NCBI RefSeq assembly: GCF_006345805.1 | Contig: NC_043003.1 | Span: 4,960,001 to 5,024,000 of the forward strand | DNA from: Octopus sinensis | Taxonomy: Eukaryota | Length of the DNA stretch: 64,000 nucleotides | Direction of reading: 5' to 3' | Shown here: piece by piece, positions 26,656 through 41,611 of the stretch | How positions within the stretch are numbered: the first letter of the stretch is position 1 | How the letters are laid out: every line of letters starts with the position of its first letter | The notes under the pieces: model-generated | The model's input: only the letters and a program-made list of their open reading frames with translations | What the model was told of the DNA's origin: nothing | Databases searched by the model: none | Made by a program: the position numbers and the translations under genes

Positions 26656-27199
26656 TTCTTAATTTCATACTACTTCAAACAAATCAGATTTTAAAAAAAC
26701 TGAGTATATCTGACCCACGTCATTGTACACATAAGAGGGAGACAAGCAATACCATTTGGAAATTGTTACTAAATTCCAATTGGAAAGCAGAGGTCTAATC
26801 ATTAAAGAATCAATGTAAATTAACGATAATTTATGCTTGAAAATGATGGTGAAATTAACCGACTATTAATTATAACGACAATCAGTAACTTGGTACGGAA
26901 AACCGAAACGATATTTTAAATAACAGACACATTGGCAATGGTTAAATTATTCAAATTCATGGTCCAAACTTTAGGAAATACACATGTTGCTAAGATAAAA
27001 GAAAGTAGGAGCTGGACACCTTTTATGTGGAACAGCTCCAATAACAAAATCTTTTCAAAACTCTGGGCGTATCCAGGGCTTGAATGTTGGTACGCTGTTA
27101 TGTGGGAAAAACACACAACAACCATAGATTTAATAATAATAATAATAACAATAATGATTTCATTTAGACTCGCTACCTAATTGATTTGGTAACTTTCAT

Positions 27200-27373
27200 T
27201 TCAAATTTCAGCACAAGGCTATCAAGCTCTGGGAAGCAGGTCAGCCAATTAAATCGACTCCAGCATTCAACTGGTACTTATTTTATCGCCTCCAAAAGGG
27301 TGAAAGGCAAAGTCGGGCGAAATGCCACTAAACATTTTGCATGGCATACTAACGGTTCTGCTACCTCGCCACC
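27200..27373 (-). mobile_element. SINE family 1 (internally deleted)
   Basis: aactggtacttattttatcgcctccaaaagggtgaaaggcaaagtcg...ctaacggttctgctacctcgccacc. Confidence 0.8.
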
Positions 27374-27524
27374 TTAATGAATAGTAATGAACCTAATAAT
27401 GGTGGTGATGATGATGATTATGATGACCTAAATATAGAAATGCAACCTAACGGACGTGGCAGTAGTAGTAATATCCGTGTTGCTACAATGGCTATGTATA
27501 GTAAAATGATTATTCACAATTATA

Positions 27525-27693
27525 GGCGCAGGAGTGTCTGTGTGGTAAGTAGTTTGCTTATCAACCACATGGTTCCGGGTTCAGTCTCACTGCGTGGCAC
27601 CTTGGGCAAGTGTCTTCTACTATAGCTTCGGGCCGAACAAAGCCTTGTGAGTGGATTTGGTAGACGGAAACTGAAAGAAGCCCGTCGTATATG

Positions 27694-27759
<66 letters not shown>

Positions 27760-27948
27760 TACCCCCAACATTGCTTGACAACCGATGGTGGTGTGTTTAC
27801 GTCCCCGTAACTTAGCGGTTCGGCAAAAGAGACCGATAGGATAAGTGCTAGGCTTACAAAGAATAAGTCCTGGGTTCGATATGCTCGACGAAAGGCGGTG
27901 CTCCAGCATGGCCGCAGTCAAATGACTGAAACACGTAAAACAGTAAAG
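27525..27948 (+). mobile_element. SINE family 2 (tRNA head, CORE-like ccttgggcaagtgtctt, central microsatellite, LINE-like tail), full length
   Basis: A box in ggagtgtctgtgtggtaag, B box gggttcagtc; tail ggcggtgctccagcatggccgcagtcaaatgactgaaac. Confidence 0.92.
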
Positions 27949-28850
27949 GGTAACTACTATACTAAAGATCACAAATCTCGACTGGAAATGAGCCTTCTTG
28001 AAAACTGCACAACTTTGTAACAGGATTTTCTACATCGACTCCGACACAACATATTTGAATAAGCAACGGCGTAATAAAGCCGCTCCAGGCAGGCCCAGTC
28101 AAACGATCTTAATTATTTTAAGAAAAAACAACCACTTTCTACTCCTATGAATTTCTTTCTTAAACTACAATATGAAAGTACTACACACCATTCTCATTCT
28201 GACAAATCTCCAAGTATAATACAGTAGGAATATCCTTCAAGACATAAGAGGGATTCCCAGCGTACTAATTACCGACCTATCGTTACCATATTACGACATT
28301 ACTTTATTAGAAACAACATATATTGCTTAATTAACTCTAGTAATTGTAATAAGGCTGAGCACATTCATTAAAATTCGTTATTGTTAAAATTAAAGCTCTT
28401 TTTATTCCGTTGTGGAATAATATTATTCATAACTTTATGGTGGATACGTGACTCCCGTATCTGTCATAAAGTGGTTTTATGGCTATCAGTAATATAATCT
28501 CATAAAAAAATCTCATTAGATATAGTAAAACTCTATCCTTCTCTAACGAAAAAATATTCTCCAAAAATTGTTATATTTTAATGTTTTGTGCTTCATCAAT
28601 GAATCTAGCATCAGGATTATTACGCCTGCAAGGAAATCTCTTTTATACTTTAGCAGGTCATTTAGGGTTCAAATGAACGTTGACGAACTTTTGATGGCAC
28701 CATGTGTAGTAATTAGGGGACATAATTATGTTAAATATTTTTTGAAGGTGGTTTATTACGATACGAGGGATTAAAAAGTGATCGAAATATGAACGATTAT
28801 TGATTAAATGGATTTAGTAAAAGACATCATAATTAGACGTAAGGATTACG

Positions 28851-28895
<45 letters not shown>

Positions 28896-30366
28896 CTGTG
28901 TGTGGTTAATTGTCGGAATATCTTTTTAACTTGTAGAAATTCCGAACAAACCTACCACAAATTAAAAAGAAACCTTTCATGTAACAGCACAATTCGTGTA
29001 GCTTGTATGTAGCATTAGTCAACACGTATTCCATTTACCTTCTGACGATAATAAATAATTGATAATGTCGGTCTGACAGACAAACTTGATTGCATAAAAG
29101 ATAACTATTATAATTATATATCTAAAAGGAGAACAATTAATCTGCGATGATTTAATCCACAGTATACTAGATTGAGAAACGTGTCTTTTATGGTTACAGA
29201 TATTGAACTTTATAATTTTGCATTTGTGGAGCACAAAACCTCTTAAATTCAGCAATTCTTGTGCCGTTGACTATTCAATCTCTGTTATAGTTTCCCACCG
29301 AAATAATATAATTCCCACTAGTTCCTGAACCTGTAATAACCCAGCAATTCGTCTTTTTAATAGTAATGACCTTTGAAGGTCTGTCATTGTAAAAACATCT
29401 CCCTCGATGATAACACTGCTCTTAAATCCAACATTTAGCTTACATTAAATTCCTTTAAAACAAAATATAATCAACACTGACACAAGTATTTGCGTTACAA
29501 AATATTCTCTTCTTCTTTAATAAAACGTCTCCACTATAGCTATACCTTCAAAAATTATGAATACTTTTATCGAAATCTCTTTGGTCCTTAATACATACAC
29601 AGTTTATGGTTTTTAAAATTCACTTACCAAACATTAGTTTTTCTATAATGATATTAATTTTCGGTTCATTGTATGCAATCCTCATTGTCTCCGTGTTCAA
29701 CTGTAAAGCTGATAGCAATGGTTTCAATAAAAAGTTTGAATTTTTCAATTCGGGCTAACATTACGCGAAATTATGATTGGAGAATCTTATATTTTATCTT
29801 ATATTACCCACAAGGCAATTAATGTTAAATATAATGGAAAATATTTTCTGGTAGGAATTTTTTCCTGGAAAATATTACTTTCCTCACTTTTTAAACTTTT
29901 CTCATTTGAGTCAACTACCATGTGCTGTCCGTTATCGGCAAGAAAAACGCTATTTATATTCAAGTTAATTATTGTATATCTTACCTTTTATATCATTATT
30001 ATATCTTCATTTACTAATTCGTTTTTCTCGCATTGATAGCATTACTGTGTGTTTTTAGCAAAGTTACTTCCAAAAATAAACATTTATATTAAAATAACAG
30101 TAAATGTGCAAGAGAGGTTGCACGAAACACATCCATGTATACTCACAATTTTAAATTTTGATGTTCTAAAATTGGTAAGAAAATACCCGGAGTAACGTTT
30201 CTGAAGTTTGAATCATATATATAAATTTTGTTCGTATGTATGTATGTATGTATGTATGTGTACATGTATGTGTGTGTGACTGTGTATGCGTGTATATGTG
30301 TATATATGTATGTTATATATATATATATGTATATATATATGTCTTATATATATGTGTATATATATG

Positions 30367-30455
<89 letters not shown>

Positions 30456-32147
30456 ATATGAAGAAAAAGAAGCAGCCACAATTTTGGACAATAATTATTA
30501 GCGCTTTCGTTCAGTTTTCGAACTCAAGACAAAATCAAAATTGTAAAAACAGATTTCATTGTTCTTTTATATGAATCGGATGTTTTTTTTTTATTTTGGC
30601 GGAGGAGAATATTATTTTTGTTTTGAAAAAAAAGGGGAGAGTGAGAGAAAGAAAAGCAAAGAGGCGGGGAATAGAGAGAAATGATCATATATATATATAT
30701 ATATATATAGGGATTTTGACAACTGTTGTTCTTATAGAACTTACATATACCTGAGAAAGAATACTAGAACCATTTTACCACTGATTAGGAAAGATATCTA
30801 ATGTAGCTACTTGGCAAAGTAATTCGTGAAAAGATCCCTATTGAATTTTCTTATCCAAGCAAGCAAGAAAAAGAAAAATAGATCCTACAAAAGGAGAAAA
30901 GATAGTAAAAAAAAAAACATTTAAGCAGGCCCTGCTTTATCATATAATCTATATTGTACAGAGTAGCTTCCAGCTAAATATACGTGCAAAACTCATTTAT
31001 GAGCTTTGATTAAATGTACTCGGAGAATAGATTGAATTAGAAACAGTACCAGAATACTTTTTAAAATGCTGACTTTATTTTCCTAATTTATGAATATTGT
31101 ACTAATATTTAATGTTTGTTCATGCATAACATAGAATTACACAGAATATGGAACTTGGCTATACAAATGTAAAGGAATATACATTTTCATAAGGGCGCTT
31201 TTTAAATTTTTCAGTGATAGCCGCACTCTTCTCCATTTTCTTATTTCTTTCATTCTATTTCCCAAAATTGACATTTTTGAAAGGTCACCAGGCCTTGTGA
31301 GAAAATGTGTTTAGTCACAATTATGTCGACAGGTATATAACAGAAAGAAAAAAGAAACGAGAAAGAAAAAAGAAATATGCTTGGAAATGAAATTTTTATG
31401 AATTGACCACATCAAAATGGAACAGAAAGCTTTCTCCCTCTCTATCTATGCTTTCTCACCCTTTTTTATTATTTTTTCTCCTCTTTCGTGGCTGTCCTAA
31501 AACCTCCCTCTCTCTCTCTATCCATTTCCCTCTCTTTACTTCTCTCTCTCTCTCTCCTATTTTAAAAAAATGCAGAAACAATATTCTCCTCTTCTGAACA
31601 AAGCAAAAACGCATCCGATTCATGTAAAAGAACAACGAAATGTTCCGTCTTTAACATTTTGATTTTGTCTTGGCGAGGTCAAAAACCGAACTCAAGCGCT
31701 AATAAAGGATTATCCAGAATTCTGACTGTCCCCTTTTTCCCATTATTCAATATCTGTACCCCACTTCAAACATTATGTTTTGCAAACAACTTGCACATGC
31801 AAGTGCAACTAGTGGTGACCTCCGCATACAAGAAGACAACAAGTGTATGAGGTCATCCGCGGAAAAAGCGCACCGTTTCAGGGCCTACCTCTCGACAGCA
31901 TGAATGCACACCACCCAACCTACAACTGATATGAGGCCCCGCTTGCTAGATCAGCTGGTTATTAAATAAAGCTCAATATTCTTCTAGCCATCGCTCAGCG
32001 TCTCTTTTTAACCAAATGCAGTCGATAGATATATGGAGGGATCGATAGATAGATATGTGTATATATATATATATATATATAATTTTAAGACAGATATTCC
32101 GGAGGCATCGATACAGACGCCTCGTGTATATTTGTCTCTCCCAGGTT

Positions 32148-32245
32148 TTTTACTGATGAAGTGTGACCTATGGTAGATTAGCTTAATTTAATTTAATTAA
32201 GCTAATTTAATCATTAATAACACAGAAACGATGCATCGTCTAAAA
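32148..32245 (+). ncRNA. Type I hammerhead ribozyme, copy 1
   Basis: tttta CTGATGA agtgt...acaca GAAA cgatgcatcg TC taaaa; predicted cut after 32240. Confidence 0.8.
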
Positions 32246-32620
32246 GTTGAATTAGGGTAAATGTTTTTAAATTTTCACCTAATTTCTGAATTACTACTAC
32301 TTGGCGGTGTGAGTTATGGCTGCTCTTTCTGGTGGACGAATGGCCTGTTAAGGGTCACTCCTAAATTGTTATATTTATATATTTAGTCTTTGACTATTTT
32401 CTCTTTTCCACTAGGCCGCTGGTAGCGATAAATTCTATTGAATTTTTTGCTACCCTAAATTGACTAATTGATAATTTTCTGAATAATTCTGAGATTGAAT
32501 CGGCAGTTTATATTTACTGCTGATAAGTTTGGCGCGAATACGTCGGTCTTGAAAATTTTAAGACAGATATTCCGGAGGCATCGATACAGACGCCTCGTGT
32601 ATATTTGTCTCTCCCAGGTT

Positions 32621-32718
32621 TTTTACTGATGAAGTGTGACCTATGGTAGATTAGCTTAATTTAATTTAATTAAGCTAATTTAATCATTAATAACACAGAA
32701 ACGATGCATCGTCTAAAA
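32621..32718 (+). ncRNA. Type I hammerhead ribozyme, copy 2
   Basis: Identical to copy 1; predicted cut after 32713. Confidence 0.8.
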
Positions 32719-32935
32719 GTTGAATTAGGGTAAATGTTTTTAAATTTTCACCTAATTTCTGAATTACTACTACTTGGCGGTGTGAGTTATGGCTGCTCTT
32801 TCTGGTGGACGAATGGCCTGTTAAGGGTCACTCCTAAATTGTTATATTTATATTTAGTCTTTGACTATTTTCTCTTTTCCACTAGGCCGCTGGTAGCGAT
32901 AAATTTCTATTGAATTTTTTGCTACCCTAAATTGA

Positions 32936-33012
<77 letters not shown>

Positions 33013-33807
33013 ATATAAGTGGTATACACACACATACACATGTACATACGTATGAAGGGAGATATGGCGGGTTTATAGGGTACCGGAGGTTTCAAATCCA
33101 TAAAGCGCTTGCATTTACAGCGTTTCTTCAGACCCTAAAATCCGTTGGCCTATGGTGTCTCCCTAGCAAATTGCCTCTCTAGAATACAGAGGAGGAAGAG
33201 ACCTAGTTACTGTTTGTCAACAACAGGAGATTGTCTCCCTGTGGCCTCTATCCGTGATTAACTCTGTTGGTTTGTGGGGTTCATGATGTTAGCAGGAATT
33301 CCTGAAATGCAAGCAGGGTCCGAAATCTGCGGAGTTAAGGATGTTCCCCGAGTCAAGGGAGTCGTTTAATATCCTCATCTGTTTAGCTAAGCATAGCTTA
33401 CAACATTTGATCCCGTTGATGTAGGAGACTGAATTTTCTAGGATCATCCATGACATTACATGTGGAATTCCTTCGTCTTTCAGCCGGATTTGTTCGACTG
33501 AAGGCGGTGCTCCAGCATAGCCGGGGTCAAATGAATGAAATACATAAAAGAATAGTGTTAAACTAATCCATCTGTTTGTTGTTTACACATCCGGCATTCT
33601 CTTTTGTTTTGTCTGTTAATACCAACTCTCCCTATATATATATCAAACCCAAGCAGTTTATTCGTTTATTTGCAATGTATTTTTACCCTGTTTTCTCTCA
33701 TAGCCACTCCTTATTCTGTGGACTTAGTCCTCGGCAAACGTTTAGGAGTAGGAGTTCAAATCATATCTATTCATATCTAATTTGAGAACCCCACCTCTCT
33801 CTCTTAT

Positions 33808-33855
<48 letters not shown>

Positions 33856-33931
33856 CATGCACCACCGCACACCATATACATGCACACGTATAGAAGCATA
33901 TTTACACAAATACACGCATCCATTTGTATAT

Positions 33932-33981
<50 letters not shown>

Positions 33982-34979
33982 GAATGTCCATATCTACGCA
34001 TGGGCGAGTGTGGCTGCCTGCATGTGAGCGAGTGCGATAACCTTAGTATTTGCTCGAGAAGAAATAGCTCAAGGAGGCCTGGATTAGATGCCAATCGGAT
34101 GTCGTTCCACTTACCTTGCTAAATGACTTATCAAAGGAACAACTTCACAAAACTTATTCGTTATGCAGAAAAAGACAAAAATATAGAAAATCTCAGCGAA
34201 GATCTTCTTTAAAGAATTTTTTTTTAATGAACTATTCTTTCGACATTCGAATATGCGGTTCTGTTTGAAGAGATTTGTTTGCGTGTATATATATGTATGT
34301 ATATGTATATATCTGAACCCAAACATATATACGCACATGCAAAGGCACACCCATATTCTCGTATATTTATATATATATATATATATATATAACGTTTGCA
34401 AATATATTATATGTATATATGTATGGGATTGTATTATATACATATATATATATATGTGTCTGTGTGTATCTTTATATACATAGGTATATCTCCTTAAATT
34501 TCATACATATATAAATATATATATATATATATGTATATATACAGACGAAGACATAGATATGTATACACATGTAAGTATATAAACAAATGCGTGTATATGT
34601 GTGTGTATATAGGTACACACGCACATACACACGCGCATGCACACACATATATATTATACGTGTGCAGTCATATTTAGCACATCCGAACTCAAACCTTTGC
34701 AGAACTCTGTACGTGGTTCTTAATGTCGGTTTGCTGTTGTAAAAGACAAAAAGCGAAACACAATAGACGAAGCAGATCATATCATGTGTGAAATACAAAG
34801 CTAAGAGAAGCTGTGTTCAGTAGTGATACATTCTCACATCGTTATATAGCTGGTGTGTGTGCATATGTGAGGGAGAGAGGAGGTAGCGGAGAGTGAGATT
34901 AAGAGAGAGAGAGAGAGAGAGAGAAAGAAAAGCTAACAGGGAGAGTGAATATCAGATAAAAATACAGACACAATATACA

Positions 34980-35002
34980 GACATATATATATATATATAT
35001 GC

Positions 35003-35034
<32 letters not shown>

Positions 35035-35073
35035 TTGCATATATATATATGTATATATATATATTTGCATATG

Positions 35074-35118
<45 letters not shown>

Positions 35119-35453
35119 GCAAGTAATAGCGTATACACATATATGCAAACGTGTGAATATACATACATTGATATATATATAAAGATGTACATACGCACTG
35201 ACCCACATGTACAAACATGAATATATATATATGCATTTATATACATATATGTACATACATACTTACACATACATACCTACGTACATATATATATATATAT
35301 GTGTGTGTGTGTATATTTATATGTATACATAAATATACATATACATATATATACATATACATATATACAAAACGGCCTAGAGTTACATCTGCATATTTGA
35401 CGATTAACACCCGACTGCTGGAAAATGTAAACCCCCTCGGGGTGATATGTATG

Positions 35454-35519
<66 letters not shown>

Positions 35520-35807
35520 AACATATATATATATATATATATAGAAAAATCAAGACAAACAATAACAGTGATGATGATGAAGATAACGATATGATGATGA
35601 TGATGATAATAATAATAATAATGATATAATAATAATAATAAAATTTCAATCATAAGTACTTGAAAGAAACGAACACCATCGCAAACTCCCAATAGACATT
35701 TTTGCAAACACCTCAAGAAAGAAGGTGGTACACCTGTTGGTGCCCAACTATCATAACATTGTTCAATAACAAATAAATGAATAATAATAATAATGATAAT
35801 AATAATG

Positions 35808-35852
<45 letters not shown>

Positions 35853-35871
35853 TAATAATAATAATAATAAT
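34980..35871. repeat. (TA)n, (TACA)n and (AAT)n microsatellites
   Basis: Direct inspection. Confidence 0.9.
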
Positions 35872-36328
35872 GTATTTCCTAAAGACAATGGTTTTTATAT
35901 ATTTTCTTTCAACATTCAGATAATGCTAGCGTCTCTAAAATTGTAATCTACAGTTTCTATCTCAACATGTTCACATGCCTTCGTGCGCAGTAACATTTTC
36001 TAGAACATACACGACAAGAGAGCGAAGATATGTCAAATATTATGGATGCACCTGCTTGCATGCTTGCATCTGCTCACACATACCACCAAATACATGCAGT
36101 TTTTTTCGTGCATTCTACCTTGCATACAACAAACACGAGCAATGTTATTATGGTAGATAGTTTATAATAGCTACAAGGTTAGAAATGCATACGCATTTTC
36201 AATGATTGTATATGTATATGTTTGCATGCATATATATATATATAAATATATATAAATCTCTATATACATATATGCATGTGTGTGTTTCTGTACATGTATG
36301 TATATGAAATATTATATGTATGTACGTA

Positions 36329-36374
<46 letters not shown>

Positions 36375-36877
36375 TTATATAAATATACTATGTATGTAAT
36401 ATTATATCTATATATAAATATACATAGGTATGTGTGTGTATATATATATTATATATATATATAATATATATATATATATTATAATATATATCTATATATA
36501 TATATATATATACTCACATATATGTGTGTGTTTGTATGTATGTTTATGTGTTTATATATATTTTTATATACATATATTTGCTATATATATATATATTGTA
36601 TAATATGTATAAATATTTACATGTGTGTATATATATATGTATAAATGATATATTTGAAATTACACAAAGTAAACTGAACTACTCAATACATTCATTTGCT
36701 GAAATATAAGTGAAACATTACAGATGAAATTTAGCCACATAGGTTTCCTGTTCCCTTTATGCCATAAAAGCCCTTAGAGGCAAACTGTCATATATTCCTT
36801 AAAATGAATGGGATCCTTATGGTTCCGTAAATTTAACGTCTTATTGGTTGTCTTCCTGCCGAGTGGGAATATTTTAG

Positions 36878-36911
<34 letters not shown>

Positions 36912-38056
36912 CCCATCCTTCAATCTATCCGCCCATCTTCCCTCACTCCATCCATCTATCATTGCATCACCCTATCGATCCTACTATTCATGTATCCATT
37001 TATTCATTCCTCTATCTATTTCTCCATCAATCCATTCATCCGTCCGTTTTTCCATCCGTCATCAATGTTACGGCCATCAACGTAACGGACATCCGAAGAG
37101 TTTCAAACGAACTTATCAGAAACTATCGAAGTAGGTGATATATCTATTTTACAGGTCGATAATAAGTTTACGAAGGCTCCGGTGGAAGAGGCAATGTGTC
37201 TAATTGAATGCGATGCTCTATGATGTCAGGATTCTTTGAATGCGTCTGTTCCTCACTTTGACATATAGGAAACAGCATTTATCCATTGTCAGGGTTGTCT
37301 ATGTGAATCTCCACAATTACTTCTGCGAGGAAATGTAAACCGTTATCCGCTATGACGGATCTAACAATCCAGCCCTTTTTTCTTCAAATACTAACAGTTA
37401 TGAGAACCTCAGTTGGTCGAGCAATCAGCTGCAGCCTTAAAGCCATATTTAAATACGAAACACTGAAATTCGGAAACAAATATGATAACTTTGAAGATAT
37501 GTTACGATGATTCAGTTTTCTTTTTCTTCATGTCTTTTGCCTAAATTGTCGGCGATGTTTAACTCTTCTCTTTCATACACAACACAGGGTTGTGTTTGTT
37601 CGGTAGCCAGTTAATAAAGTCAGTGAATATTCGGTTACATTTTTTTCCCAGTTTGCTTCTTACAGAATTATCTCCTTCAAATACTAATATACTTATGTCT
37701 CACTGTATTTTGCTATACTAATGTTGTCATCTAATGATTTCTCGATAGATCTCCAAGGTTTTGGAAATTAGGTTATGTGAATTAAACCACGCAGCATATT
37801 ACATTCGCGATTATACAAAGGTTACAATTGACTCCAGAATGGAAAATGGGGACACGACAGTAACTCTAATGGGCACTGAATTATAGACTGATAGCTAAAG
37901 TATCAACGGGACGACCGAATCGTGAAAACTCCACTCAAATTACAGTAAAAGTGTGATGAACACTCTAACGATTCGAGAAAATTCAGCTATAAGGGAAACA
38001 GTTAAATACAAGATCTTAATGAAAGAAATATTAGAAAAAATATGGCGTTTTATTAA

Positions 38057-38303
38057 TATTTCTTTATTGCCCACAAGGGGCTAAACATAGAGGGGACAAA
38101 CAAGGACAGCCAAAAAGATTAAGTCGGTTACATCGACCCCAGTGCGTAACTGGTACTTAATTTATCGATCTCGAAAGGATGAAAGGCAAAGTCAACCTCG
38201 GCGGAATTTGAACTCAGAACGTAACGCAGACGTTGTGAGTTCAAATTTCGTTGTGAGTTCAGCTTTTCGCCCGGCGTGCTAACAGTTCTGCCAGCTCGCC
38301 GCC
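38057..38303 (-). mobile_element. SINE family 1, full length, with 16-bp TSD
   Basis: TSD tat(g/a)gcgttttattaa at 38041-38056 and 38305-38320. Confidence 0.92.
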
Positions 38304-40319
38304 TTATAGCGTTTTATTAATAATGATGCATGTAATGTACCACTTGTAATGAAGAATGAATGTGTCACTATTAATGTGGCGTGACTCACAAATAATGAGG
38401 CATGTGTCACTGATATTAAAGTAAGTGGCACAATTAGGGAAGTGTGAAAGATGTATGTGCCACTCGTAGGGAAGATTGTGTCAATACTAATGTTTGAGAT
38501 TATGAGGTATTCCACGAATATGTCAATATCATTTCAGCTCGTAAACTTCTTCTTCAGCATGTTGACCTCTGTGTACACACAAAAAGAAATTATCAGGGTG
38601 TATAGGGGAGTCAAGACATTTTGCTAATATTATAGACATTCAATAAGATCAACTTCTCCCAATATATCGTAATATATTTAAGAATAGTTTAACGATGGAA
38701 AAGAATAAAACTGTCATAGATAAGACCTGATGTAATAATTTTGATGGTGATATTACGAATATATTTACTAATTTTTCGTAGAAACTTACAAATATTTAAT
38801 TTAACGGAAAAACAGAGAGAGAGAGCAGGTGGATCATCCGACAGTCCTATCTCTTACACAGCTTTGGTGAGACGAGTGTCCGAAGTAATATATCAACTAC
38901 ATCGAAAATTGATTTAGAATATAAGATATAAAGATCACCAGTTATGAAATAAGCGTGAAATCTAGGAGACAGAACACAAAGTATTAGCGAAAGTTTCTGG
39001 GAAAAACTGGAACAGCTACAACTAAATAGAACCTTCGTCTCAGCCATATCTAAACAAATCTAGATAAGCACCTTGGTTCAGTTGAAAGGCTCGGTTCGGT
39101 GTCTGAAAACTGTTTTATGAGGCAAAAACGCAAATACAGGAAACCGAACCATATGGTATAGGTGAGGAGAGAACACTTACTCAAACGGAGGCTGGAAACA
39201 TATGCACTTAACAAGTACATATATTTTCCCATGTTCAGTTAGTTTTTCACGCATTGGCATGTCACTATATGCATAAATACTTATGTACATACACACGTAC
39301 AAACATACTTAGGTACATAAATATATAGATGTAAATTTATAAATATATATATATATATATATATATAGATATATATATATATAAATGTATATAATCATAT
39401 ATAATTGTATGTATGTATAATATATACGTGGATACATATACACATATACATACGACCATATATGCACTTATACACACACACATATGTAGATTTATATACC
39501 TATATATGCTCGCGCGCGCGCGCGTGCGTGTGTGTGTGTGTGTATCTCCGTTAATGTGCTTAGATGTGTAAGTGTAATTTTTCGTCATGCAAACGCTTTT
39601 CTTTTCATCAGAACGGTTAAATCCATCAACTTAGCAAGAACCTAATAGCCTTAGAGAATAAGCAGATATTTCAAAGGTACTTTGAGACAATTTATAAAAA
39701 ACACTTGAGAATTAAAATGATAAAACAGAATAACCAAAGTGTCGGGAAGTAGAAGAAGAGTGGAATTGATTTCGAGCGCGACTAAAGAACGAAACGTTGG
39801 AAGATCAAACGGAAATAATCGAGGTGGCCGACAGGTTCAAAATTCTCCAGAAGATCAAATAGTTTGTTTATACATTAAATTGACATGCTTAAAGTTGAAA
39901 ATAACTACGAAAATAAGCAAATAAGAGAGAAAACAACAAACACAAAGAAAATAAGAAAGAGAAGGAAGTTGTGTCTCGTGGTTTAAAAAAAAAATTTCAT
40001 AATTGTATCTAATTTTCAGCAGGTTTTGTGAAATTGGGTTAAGGACCAGGTTTGAGAAATATGACGAAAGATTTTTACGTTCCATTATACAACGTAACAA
40101 TACCAAATAAAATATTGAATAGTTTTGTGAGTCTGTAAATAATGTGAGATTCATTTGTGATATGCTTGCTTTAAATTTGGCTTCATTCGATATCAGCAAA
40201 CTAATAGTTAAGCCGTAAGAGTTATGTCCCTTGACCCCATATACTAATAACTCTGATCAAGTTAGACATAAATATGAACACACATACGCACGAACACACA
40301 CACATATACATATATATTA

Positions 40320-40408
40320 GTGAATTCAAACAAAGAAGAACAAACTAGAAAAACAATAACGCGAGGACGTGGTACAAGTACTGTGTTATCAGATGCTCAG
40401 GAAAGGAG
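40320..40408 (-). mobile_element. 3' fragment of the repeat at 3776-3964
   Basis: aacgcgaggacgtggtacaagta...gctcaggaaag is the inverse of 3882-3928. Confidence 0.7.
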
Positions 40409-40425
40409 CATTATATATATATATA

Positions 40426-40463
<38 letters not shown>

Positions 40464-40464
<1 letters not shown>

Positions 40465-40834
40465 TTAAATATAAGAGAGTTACCGCTAAGTGGTTAACTC
40501 TAGTGCTAAAAATAGCTCCTTTTATGATTTATAGATAAATATGTGAGTAAAATTGCATATTATATTAATAACGAAACAATTGTTCGGCGTTAATCTATTT
40601 TTTCATTGTATTTCACTTTCCTTACGTTGAATGTAATGTTATTTCTTATTGGAAACAACCTTTGGTGGCTATACCAGAAAAAGGAGCTATTTTTAGCACT
40701 AGAGTTAACCACTTAACGGTAACTCTCTTATATTTAGGTATAAATTTGTATTGTCTCCCTGGTTTTTTATGTGCTAAGCCACTTGGTGTTAAAACTGATG
40801 GTATTATTAACTTAATATCTAATTTTTCACCCTC

Positions 40835-40838
<4 letters not shown>
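40464..40838. mobile_element. Foldback element with 58-bp arms and right extension, in (TA)n
   Basis: Arms 40466-40523 and 40679-40736; spacer holds an HHR 3' half GAAACAATTGTT at 40573-40584. Confidence 0.8.
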
Positions 40839-40881
<43 letters not shown>

Positions 40882-41040
40882 TACAAATATATACATATAT
40901 ACAAATATATACATATATACCAAATATATACATATATACACATATATATATACATCTATATACATATATACAAATATATACATATATACATATATATATA
41001 TATACATATTATATACATATATATACATATATACATATAT

Positions 41041-41083
<43 letters not shown>

Positions 41084-41117
41084 TACATATATATACATAC
41101 ATATATATATATATATA

Positions 41118-41530
41118 TTACTCTTTTTACTCTTTTACTTGTTTCAGTCATTTGACTGCGGCCATGCTGGAGCACCGCCTTTAGTCGAGCAAATCGACCC
41201 CGGGACTTATTCTTTGTAAGCCCAGTACTTATTCTATCAGTCTCTTTTGCCGAACCGCTAAGTGACGGGGACGTAAACACACCAGCATCGGTTGTCAAGC
41301 AATGCTAGGAGGACAAACACAGACACACAAACACACACACATACTTATATATATATATACATATATAGGACAGGCTTCTTTCAGTTTCCGTCTACCAAAT
41401 CCACTCACAAGGCATCGGTCGGCCCGGGGCTATAGCAGAAGACACTTGCCCAAGATGCCACGCAGTGGGACTGAACCCGGAACCATGTGGTTGGTAAGCA
41501 AATTACTTACCACACAGCCACTCCTGCGCC
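41118..41530 (-). mobile_element. SINE family 2, full length
   Basis: Inverted match to 27525-27948. Confidence 0.92.
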
Positions 41531-41539
41531 TATATATAT

Positions 41540-41611
<72 letters not shown>

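Larger units (their letters stand above)
32081..32940 (+). mobile_element. Retrozyme-like partial tandem (1.8 x 473 bp) in (TA)n
   Basis: Unit 32081-32553 repeated at 32554-32940, differing by two small indels; one HHR per unit; no ORF. Confidence 0.88.

Noticed and set aside
26660-26915. Possible PLE endonuclease remnant (NWK...IIKESM)
   Set aside because: Only short motifs in different frames; needs tBLASTx
32514-32548. Second HHR-like motif in the tandem unit (CTGATAA...GAATACGTC)
   Set aside because: Uncompensated G8A, GAAU, and no real stem II
37090-37560. Possible PLE end with CTGATAA...GAAAC on the minus strand
   Set aside because: Core mismatch and no convincing peptide motif
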